Assembly (NCBI RefSeq): GCF_009914755.1
Contig: NC_060941.1
Length of the DNA stretch: 64,000 nt
Reading direction: 5' to 3' (one strand)
DNA from: the human T2T-CHM13v2.0 reference genome, Homo sapiens
The first letter of the stretch is position 1. Each line of letters begins with the position of its first letter. Both the position numbers and the translations under genes were made by a program. Below are positions 29,001-39,700 of this stretch, in pieces. Under the pieces are notes generated by a model. It was not told where the DNA came from. It did not search any database and saw only the letters and a program-made list of their open reading frames with translations.

Positions 29001-32000
29001 CCTTTGACAGAGCACTTTGGAAACTCTCGCTGTGTAGAATCTGCAAGTGGAGATATGGACCGCTTTGAGGCCTATGGTAGTAAAGGAAATAGCTTCATAG
29101 AAAAACTAGACAGTAGCATTCTCAGAAAACTGTTTGTGACGACTGAGTTTAACTCACAAGGCTGAACATTCCTTTGGATGGAGCAGTTTCGAAACACACT
29201 CTTTGTAGAATCTGCAAGTGGATATTTGGGCCTCTCTGAGGATTTCATTGGAAAAGGGATAAACCGCACAGAACTAAACAGAAGCATTCTCAGAACCTTC
29301 TTCGTGATGTTTGCATTCAACTCACAGTGTTGAACCTTTTTTGATAGTTCAGGTTTGAAACACTCTTTTTGTAGAAACTGCAAGTGGATAATTGCACTTC
29401 TTTGAGGCCTATCCTACTAAAGGAAATAACTTCTTCATATAAAATCAAGACAGAAGGTTTCTCAGAAAATCCTCTGGGATGATTGAGTTGAACTCACAGA
29501 GCTGTACTTTCCTTGGGATGGAGTAGTTTCGAAACACACTTTCTGTAGAATCTGCAAGTGGATATTTGGACCTGTCTGAGGAATTTGTTGGTAACGGGAT
29601 AATTTCAGCTAACTAAACAGAAGCAGTCTCTGAATTTTCTTTGTGATGTTTGCATTCAAATCCCAGAATTGCACCTTCCTTGGAAAGTTCAGGTTTGAAA
29701 CCCTCATTTTGCAGGATCTACAAGTGGATATTTGGACCACTCTGTGGTCTTCGTTCGAAACGGGTATATCTTCACATAACGTCTAGACAGAAGCATTCTC
29801 AGAAACTTTTCTGTGATGACTGCATTCAACTCACAGAGTTGAACACTCCTTTTGAGAGCGCAGTTTTGAAACTCTCTTTCTGTGGAATCTGCAAGGGGAC
29901 ATGTAGACCTCTTTGAAGGTTTCGTTGGAAACAGAATCATCTTCACAAAAAAATTACACGGAAGCATTCTCAGGAACCCCTTGGTGCTGATTGTATTCAA
30001 CTTCCAGAGTTGAACTTTCCTTCGGAGAGAGCAGCTATGAAACACTCTTTTTCGAGAATCTGCAAGTGGATATTTGGAGGGCTTTGAGGTTTGTGGTGGA
30101 AAAGGAAATATCTTCACATAAATACTAGATGGAAGCATTCTCAGAAACTACTTTGTGATGATTGCATTCACCTCACAGAGTTGAACATTCCTATTGAGAG
30201 AGCAGTTTGGAAACACTCTTGTTGGAGAATCTGCAAGTGGAGATTTGGAGCGCTTTGAGGCCTATGGTACTAAAGGGAATAGCTTCATATAAAAACTAGG
30301 CAGAAGCATTCTCAGAAAATACTTTGTGATGATTGAGTTTAACTCACAGAGCTGAACATTCCTTTGGATGGAGCAGGTTTGAAACACACTTTTTGTAGAA
30401 TCTGCAAGTGGATATTTGGACCTCTCTGAGGATTTCGTTGGAAACGGGATAACTGCACCTAACTAAACAGAAGCATTCTCAGAAACTTCTTTGTGATATT
30501 TGCATTCAAATCCCAGAGTTGAAACTTCCTTTGATAGGTCAGGTTTGAAACACTCTTTCTGTACGATCTGCAAGTGGATATTTGGACCACTCTGTGGCCT
30601 TCGTTCGAAACGGGTACATCTTCACATAACATCTAGACAGAAGCCTTCTCAGAAACTTCTCTGTGATGATTGCATTCAACTCACAGAGTTGAACCCTCCT
30701 ATAGATATAGCAGTTCTGAATCTCTCTTTTTGTGGAATCTGCAAGTGGATATGTGGACCTCTTTGAAGATGTCTTTGGAAACGGGAATATCTTCACATAA
30801 AAATTAAACAGAAGCATTCTCAGAAACTTCTCTCTCATGTTTGCGTTCAACTCACACAGTTTCACATTGCTTTTCATAGAGCAGTTCTGAAACATGCTTT
30901 TCGGACTGTCTGCAAGTGGACATTTGGAGAGCTTTCAGGCCTGTGTTGGAAAATGAATTATCGTCACATAGACACTAGAGAGAAGCATTGTCAGGAACTT
31001 GTTTGTGATGGTTGCATTCAACTCACAGAGTTGAAGGTTCCTTTTCAAACAGCAGTTTCCAAGCACGCCTTCTGTGGAATCTGCAAGTGGATATTTGGAC
31101 CTCTTTGAAGATATCGTTGGAAACGGGATAATCTTCACAGAAAAGCTAAACAGAAGCATTCTGAGAAACTCCTTTGTGATGTTTGCATTCAACTCACAGA
31201 GTTGAACATTCCTTTTGAGAGACAAGCTTTGAAACACTCTTTCTCTAGAATCTGCAAGTGGATATTTGGAGGGCTTTGAGGCCTGTGGTGGAAAGGGAAT
31301 TCTCTTCCAGTAAAAACTAGATAGAAGCATTCTCAGAAACTACTTTGTGATGATTGCATTCAAGTCACAGAGTTGAATATTCCCTTTGACAGAGCACTTT
31401 GGAAACTCTCGCTGTGTAGAATCTGCAAGTGGAGATATGGACCGCTTTGAGGCCTATGGTAGTAAAGGAAATAGCTTCATAGAAAAACTAGACAGTAGCA
31501 TTCTCAGAAAACTGTTTGTGACGACTGAGTTTAACTCACAAGGCTGAACATTCCTTTGGATGGAGCAGTTTCGAAACACACTCTTTGTAGAATCTGCAAG
31601 TGGATATTTGGGCCTCTCTGAGGATTTCATTGGAAAAGGGATAAACCGCACAGAACTAAACAGAAGCATTCTCAGAACCTTCTTCGTGATGTTTGCATTC
31701 AACTCACAGTGTTGAACCTTTTTTGATAGTTCAGGTTTGAAACACTCTTTTTGTAGAAACTGCAAGTGGATAATTGCACTTCTTTGAGGCCTATCCTACT
31801 AAAGGAAATAACTTCTTCATATAAAATCAAGACAGAAGCTTTCTCAGAAAATCCTCTGGGATGATTGAGTTGAACTCACAGAGCTGTACTTTCCTTGGGA
31901 TGGAGTAGTTTCGAAACACACTTTCTGTAGAATCTGCAAGTGGATATTTGGACCTGTCTGAGGAATTTGTTGGTAACGGGATAATTTCAGCTAACTAAAC

Positions 32001-35000
32001 AGAAGCAGTCTCTGAATTTTCTTTGTGATGTTTGCATTCAAATCCCAGAATTGCACCTTCCTTGGAAAGTTCAGGTTTGAAACCCTCATTTTGCAGGATC
32101 TACAAGTGGATATTTGGACCACTCTGTGGCCTTCGTTCGAAACGGGTATATCTTCACATAACGTCTAGACAGAAGCATTCTCAGAAACTTTTCTGTGATG
32201 ACTGCATTCAACTCACAGAGTTGAACACTCCTTTTGAGAGCGCAGTTTTGAAACTCTCTTTCTGTGGAATCTGCAAGGGGACATGTAGACCTCTTTGAAG
32301 GTTTCGTTGGAAACAGAATCATCTTCACAAAAAAATTACACGGAAGCATTCTCAGGAACCCCTTGGTGCTGATTGTATTCAACTTCCAGAGTTGAACTTT
32401 CCTTCGGAGAGAGCAGCTATGAAACACTCTTTTTCTAGAATCTGCAAGTGGATATTTGGAGGGCTTTGAGGCTTGTGGTGGAAAAGGAAATATCTTCACA
32501 TAAATACTAGATGGAAGCATTCTCAGAAACTACTTTGTGATGATTGCATTCACCTCACAGAGTTGAACATTCCTATTGAGAGAGCAGTTTGGAAACACTC
32601 TTGTTGGAGAATCTGCAAGTGGAGATTTGGAGCGCTTTGAGGCCTATGGTACTAAAGGGAATAGCTTCATATAAAAACTAGGCAGAAGCATTCTCAGAAA
32701 ATACTTTGTGATGATTGAGTTTAACTCACAGAGCTGAACATTCCTTTGGATGGAGCAGGTTTGAAACACACTTTTTGTAGAATCTGCAAGTGGATATTTG
32801 GACCTCTCTGAGGATTTCGTTGGAAACGGGATAACTGCACCTAACTAAACAGAAGCATTCTCAGAAACTTCTTTGTGATATTTGCATTCAAATCCCAGAG
32901 TTGAAACTTCCTTTGATAGGTCAGGTTTGAAACACTCTTTCTGTACGATCTGCAAGTGGATATTTGGACCACTCTGTGGCCTTCGTTCGAAACGGGTACA
33001 TCTTCACATAACATCTAGACAGAAGCCTTCTCAGAAACTTCTCTGTGATGATTGCATTCAACTCACAGAGTTGAACCCTCCTATAGATATAGCAGTTCTG
33101 AATCTCTCTTTTTGTGGAATCTGCAAGTGGATATGTGGACCTCTTTGAAGATGTCTTTGGAAACGGGAATATCTTCACATAAAAATTAAACAGAAGCATT
33201 CTCAGAAACTTCTCTCTCATGTTTGCGTTCAACTCACACAGTTTCACATTGCTTTTCATAGAGCAGTTCTGAAACATGCTTTTCGGACTGTCTGCAAGTG
33301 GACATTTGGAGAGCTTTCAGGCCTGTGTTGGAAAATGAATTATCGTCACATAGACACTAGAGAGAAGCATTGTCAGGAACTTGTTTGTGATGGTTGCATT
33401 CAACTCACAGAGTTGAAGGTTCCTTTTCAAACAGCAGTTTCCAAGCACGCCTTCTGTGGAATCTGCAAGTGGATATTTGGACCTCTTTGAAGATATCGTT
33501 GGAAACGGGATAATCTTCACAGAAAAGCTAAACAGAAGCATTCTCAGAAACTCCTTTGTGATGTTTGCATTCAACTCACAGAGTTGAACATTCCTTTTGA
33601 GAGACAAGCTTTGAAACACTCTTTCTCTAGAATCTGCAAGTGGATATTTGGAGGGCTTTGAGGCCTGTGGTGGAAAGGGAATTCTCTTCCAGTAAAAACT
33701 AGATAGAAGCATTCTCAGAAACTACTTTGTGATGATTGCATTCAAGTCACAGAGTTGAATATTCCCTTTGACAGAGCACTTTGGAAACTCTCGCTGTGTA
33801 GAATCTGCAAGTGGAGATATGGACCGCTTTGAGGCCTATGGTAGTAAAGGAAATAGCTTCATAGAAAAACTAGACAGTAGCATTCTCAGAAAACTGTTTG
33901 TGACGACTGAGTTTAACTCACAAGGCTGAACATTCCTTTGGATGGAGCAGTTTCGAAACACACTCTTTGTAGAATCTGCAAGTGGATATTTGGGCCTCTC
34001 TGAGGATTTCATTGGAAAAGGGATAAACCGCACAGAACTAAACAGAAGCATTCTCAGAACCTTCTTCGTGATGTTTGCATTCAACTCACAGTGTTGAACC
34101 TTTTTTGATAGTTCAGGTTTGAAACACTCTTTTTGTAGAAACTGCAAGTGGATAATTGCACTTCTTTGAGGCCTATCCTACTAAAGGAAATAACTTCTTC
34201 ATATAAAATCAAGACAGAAGGTTTCTCAGAAAATCCTCTGGGATGATTGAGTTGAACTCACAGAGCTGTACTTTCCTTGGGATGGAGTAGTTTCGAAACA
34301 CACTTTCTGTAGAATCTGCAAGTGGATATTTGGACCTGTCTGAGGAATTTGTTGGTAACGGGATAATTTCAGCTAACTAAACAGAAGCAGTCTCTGAATT
34401 TTCTTTGTGATGTTTGCATTCAAATCCCAGAATTGCACCTTCCTTGGAAAGTTCAGGTTTGAAACCCTCATTTTGCAGGATCTACAAGTGGATATTTGGA
34501 CCACTCTGTGGCCTTCGTTCGAAACGGGTATATCTTCACATAACGTCTAGACAGAAGCATTCTCAGAAACTTTTCTGTGATGACTGCATTCAACTCACAG
34601 AGTTGAACACTCCTTTTGAGAGCGCAGTTTTGAAACTCTCTTTCTGTGGAATCTGCAAGGGGACATGTAGACCTCTTTGAAGGTTTCGTTGGAAACAGAA
34701 TCATCTTCACAAAAAAATTACACGGAAGCATTCTCAGGAACCCCTTGGTGCTGATTGTATTCAACTTCCAGAGTTGAACTTTCCTTCGGAGAGAGCAGCT
34801 ATGAAACACTCTTTTTCTAGAATCTGCAAGTGGATATTTGGAGGGCTTTGAGGTTTGTGGTGGAAAAGGAAATATCTTCACATAAATACTAGATGGAAGC
34901 ATTCTCAGAAACTACTTTGTGATGATTGCATTCACCTCACAGAGTTGAACATTCCTATTGAGAGAGCAGTTTGGAAACACTCTTGTTGGAGAATCTGCAA

Positions 35001-35261
35001 GTGGAGATTTGGAGCGCTTTGAGGCCTATGGTACTAAAGGGAATAGCTTCATATAAAAACTAGGCAGAAGCATTCTCAGAAAATACTTTGTGATGATTGA
35101 GTTTAACTCACAGAGCTGAACATTCCTTTGGATGGAGCAGGTTTGAAACACACTTTTTGTAGAATCTGCAAGTGGATATTTGGACCTCTCTGAGGATTTC
35201 GTTGGAAACGGGATAACTGCACCTAACTAAACAGAAGCATTCTCAGAAACTTCTTTGTGAT

Positions 35262-38200
35262 GTTTGCATTCAGATCCCAGAGTTAGACCTTCCTTTGATA
35301 GTTCAGGTTTGAATCACTCTTTTTGTAGGATCTGCAAGTGGATATTTGGACCACTCTGTGGCCTTCGTTGGAAACGGGTACAACTTCACATAACATCTAG
35401 ACAGAATCCTTCTCAGAAACTTCTCTGTGGTGATTGCGTTCAACTCACAGAGTTGAACGCTCCTATGGATAAAGCAGTTTTGAATCTCTCTTTTTGTGGA
35501 ATCTGCAAGTGGATATGTGAACCTCTTTGAAGATGTCTTTGGAAACGGGAATATCTTCACATAAAAACTAAACAGAAGCATTCTCAGAAACTTCTCTGTG
35601 ATGTTTGCGTTCAACTCACAGAGTTTCACATTGCTTTTCATAGAGCAGTTCTGAAACATGCTTTTCGGAATATCTGCAAGTGGACATTTGGAGAGCTTTC
35701 AGGCCTGTGGTGGAAAACGAATTATCGTCACATAAAAACTAGAGAGTAGCATTGTCAGAAACTTGTTTGTGATGATTGCATTCAACTCACAGAGTTGAAG
35801 GTTCCCTTTCAAACAGCAGTTTCCAAACACACTTTCTGTGGAATCTGCAATTGGATAGTTGGACCTCTTTGAAGATGTCTTTGGAAACGGGATAATCTTC
35901 ACAGAAAAGCTAAACAGAAGCATTGTCAGAAACTTCTTTGTGATGTTTGCATTCTACTCACAGAGTTGAACTTTCCTTTTGAGAGAGAAGCTTTGAAACA
36001 CTCTTTCTCTAGAATCTGCAAGTGGATATTTGGAGGGCTTTGAGGCCTGTGGTGGAAAAGGAATTAACTTCCCGTAAAAACTAGATAGAAGCATTCTCAG
36101 AAACTACTTGGTGATGATTGCATTCAAGTCACAGAGTTGAACATTCCCTTTGACAGAACACTTTGGAAACTCTGGTTGTGTAGAATCTGCAAGTGGAGAT
36201 ATGGACCGCTTTGAGGCCTATGGTAGTAAAGGAAATAGCTTCATATAAAAACTAGACAGTAGCATTCTCAGAAAACTCTTTGTGACGACTGAGTTTAACT
36301 CACAGGGCTGAACATTCCTTTGGATGGAGCAGTTTCGAAACACACTACTTGTAGAATCTGCCAGTGGATATTTGGGCCTCTCTGAGGATTTCGCTGGAAA
36401 CGGGATAAACCGCACAGAAATAAACAGAAGCATTCTCAGAACATTCTTCGTGATGTTTGCGTTCAACTCACAGCGTTGAACCTTTCCTTGATACTTCGGG
36501 TTTGAAACACTCTTTTTGTAGAAACTGCAAGTGGATAATTGCACTTCTTTGAGGCGTATCCTAGTAAAGCAAATAACTTCATATAAAAACAAGACAGAAG
36601 CTTTCTCAGAAAATCCTCTGGGATGATTGAGTTGAACTCACAGAGCTGTACTTTCCTTGGGATGGAGTAGTTTCGAAACACACTTTCTGTAGAATCTGCA
36701 AGTGGATATTTGGACCTGTCTGAGGAATACGTTGGAAACGGGATAATTTCAGCTAACTAAACAGAAGCAGTCTCAGAATCTTCTTTGTGATGTTTGCATT
36801 CGAATCCCAGAGTTGAACCTTCGTTTGAAAGTTCAGGTTTGAAACCCTCTTTTTGCAGGATCTACAAGTGGATATTTGGACCACTCTGTGGCCTTCGTTC
36901 GAAACGGGTATATCTTCACATAACATCTAGACAGAAGCCTTCTCAGAAACTTTTCTGTGATGACTGCATTCAACTCACAGAGTTGAAGACTCCTTTTGAG
37001 AGCGCAGTTTTGAAACTCTCTTTCTGTGGAATCTGCAAGGGGACATGTAGACCTCTTTGAAGGTTTTGTTGGAAACAGAATCATCTTCACATAAAAATTA
37101 CACAGAAGCGTTCTCAGGAACTCCTTGATGTTGTTTGTATTCAACTTCCAGAGTTGAACTTTCCTTCGGAAAGAGCAGCTATGAAACACTCTTTTTCTAG
37201 AATCTGCAAGTGGACATGAGGAGGGCTTTGAGGTCTGTGGTGGAAAAGGTAATATCTTCACATAAATATTAGATAGAAGCATTCTCAGAAACTACTTTGT
37301 GATGATTGCATTCACCTCACAGAGTTGAACATTCCTATTGATAGAGCAGTTTGGAAACTTTCTTGTTGTAGAATTTGCAAGGGGAGATTTGGCGCGCTTT
37401 GAGGCCAATGGTAGTAAAGGGAATAGCTTCATATAAAAACTAGACAGAAGCATTCTCAGAAAATACTTTGTGATGATTGAGTTTAACTGACAGAGCTGAA
37501 CATTCCTTTGGATGGAGCAGGTTTGAAACACACTTTTTGTAGAATCTGCAAGTGGATATTTGGACCTCTCTGAGGATTTCGTTGGAAACGGGATAACTGC
37601 ACCTAACTAAACAGAAGCATTCTCAGAAACTTCTTTGTGATGTTTGCATTCAGATCCCAGTGTTAGACCTTCCTTTGATAGTTCAGGTTTGAATCACTCT
37701 TTTTGTAGGATCTGCAAGTGGATATTTGGACCACTCTGTGGCCTTCGTTGGAAACGGGTACAACTTCACATAACATTTAGACAGAAGCCTTCTCAGAAAC
37801 TTCTCTGTTGTGATTGCGTTCAACTCACAGAGTTGAACGCTCCTATGGATAAAGCAGTTTTGAATCTCTCTTTTTGGGGAATCTGCAAGTGGATATGTGA
37901 ACCTCTTTGAAGATGTCTTTGGAAACGGGAATATCTTCACATAAAAACTAAACAGAAGCATTCTCAGAAACTTCTCTGTGATGTTTGCGTTCAACTCACA
38001 GAGTTTCACATTGCTTTTCATAGAGCAGTTCTGAAACATGCTTTTCGGAATATCTGCAAGTGGACATTTGGAGAGCTTTCAGGCCTGTGGTGGAAAACGA
38101 ATTATCGTCACATAAAAACTAGAGAGAAGCATTGTCAGAAACTTGTTTGTGATGATTGCATTCAACTCACAGAGTTGAAGGTTCCCTTTCAAACAGCAGT

Positions 38201-39700
38201 TTCCAAACACACTTTCTGTGGAATCTGCAATTGGATAGTTGGACCTCTTTGAAGATGTCTTTGGAAACGGGATAATCTTCACAGAAAAGCTAAACAGAAG
38301 CATTGTCAGAAACTTCTTTGTGATGTTTGCATTCTACTCACAGAGTTGAACTTTCCTTTTGAGAGAGAAGCTCTGAAACACTCTTTCTCTAGAATCTGCA
38401 AGTGGATATTTGGAGGGCTTTGAGGCCTGTGGTGGAAAAGGAATTAACTTCCCGTAAAAACTAGATAGAAGCATTCTCAGAAACTACTTGGTGATGATTG
38501 CATTCAAGTCACAAAGTTGAACATTCCCTTTGACAGAACACTTTGGAAACTCTCGTTGTGTAGAATCTGCAAGTGGAGATATGGACCGCTTTGAGGCCTA
38601 TGGTAGTAAAGGAAATAGCTTCATATAAAAACTAGACAGTAGCATTCTCAGAAAACTCTTTGTGACGACTGAGTTTAACTCACAGGGCTGAACATTCCTT
38701 TGGATGGAGCAGTTTCGAAACACACTACTTGTAGAATCTGCCAGTGGATATTTGGGCCTCTCTGAGGATTTCGCTGGAAACGGGATAAACCGCCCAGAAA
38801 TAAACAGAAGCATTCTCAGAACATTCTTCGTGATGTTTGCGTTCAACTCACAGCTTTGAACCTTTCGTTGATACTTCGGGTTTGAAACACTCTTTTTGTA
38901 GAAACTGCAAGTGGATAATTGCACTTCTTTGAGGCCTATCCTAGTAAAGGAAATAACTTCATATAAAAACAAGACAGAAGCTTTCTCAGAAAAACCTCTG
39001 GGATGATTGGGTTGAACTCACAGAGCTGTACTTTCCTTGGGATGGAGTAGTTTCGAAACACACTTTCTGTAGAATCTGCAAGTGGATATTTGGACCTGTC
39101 TGAGGAATTCGTTGGAAACGGGATAACTTCAGCTAACTAAACAGAAGCAATCTCAGAATCTTCTTTGTGATGTTTGCATTCGAATCCCAGAATTGAACCT
39201 TCCTTTGAAAGTTCAGGTTTGAAACTCTCTTTTTGCAGTATCTACAAGTGGATATTTGGACCACTCTGTGGCCTTCGTTCGAAACGGGTATATCTTCACA
39301 TAACATCTAGACAGAAGCATTCTCAGAAACTTTTCTGTGATGACTGCATTCAACTCACAGAGTTGAACACTCCTTTTGAGAGCGCAGTTTTGAAACTCTC
39401 TTTGTGTGGAATCTGCAAGGGGACATGTAGACCTCTTTGAAGGTTTTGTTGGAAACAGAATCATCTTCACATAAAAATTACACAGAAGCATGCTCAGGAT
39501 CTCCTTGGTGATGTTTGTATTCAACTTCCAGAGTTGAACTTTCCTTCGGAAAGAACAGCTATGAAACACTCTTTTTCTAGAATCTGCAAGTGGACATTTG
39601 GAGGGCTTTGAGGTTTGTGGTGGAAAAAGAAATATCTTCACATAAATAGTAGATAGAAGCATTCTCAGAAACTACTTTGTGATGATTGCATTCACCTCAC
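35262..39700 (+). repeat. Diverged sister 14-mer HOR, 2,380-bp unit, ~1.9 copies
   Basis: The monomer order is unchanged but there are many fixed differences (cagatcccag, aattggatagtt, ctacttggtg, tttcgctgg). ORF pairs 35264/37644, 36218/38598 and 36794/39174 are 2,380 bp apart. This unit lacks the 3-bp ctt duplication (aacttcttcat) and has one extra base (cctttccttga vs ccttttttga). Confidence 0.9.

Larger units (their letters stand above)
1..35261 (+). repeat. Homogeneous alpha-satellite HOR array: 14-monomer, 2,382-bp unit, ~14.8 copies (SF3/pentameric, D17Z1-B-like)
   Basis: Identical ORFs recur every 2,382 bp exactly (488, 2870, 5252 ... 33836). In copy 1 the monomers start at about 20, 191, 362, 533, 701, 873, 1040, 1210, 1381, 1552, 1723, 1890, 2060 and 2231 (cattctcagaaac-type starts). 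Box types run B,A,A,B,A,B,B,B,A,A,B,B,B,A, which includes the BBBAA pentamer of SF3. Motifs gggataactgcacctaactaa and gggataa(a/g)ccgcacagaac match chr17-family monomers as I recall them. I noticed only ~13 SNV sites across all copies. Exact locus and species are inference. Confidence 0.96.

Noticed and set aside
1-35261. CRISPR-like look of conserved motifs (gaatctgcaagtgga, cattctcagaaac) separated by variable stretches
   Set aside because: The intervening stretches are homologous monomer parts and repeat exactly in each HOR. There are no unique spacers or cas genes, and this is primate satellite.
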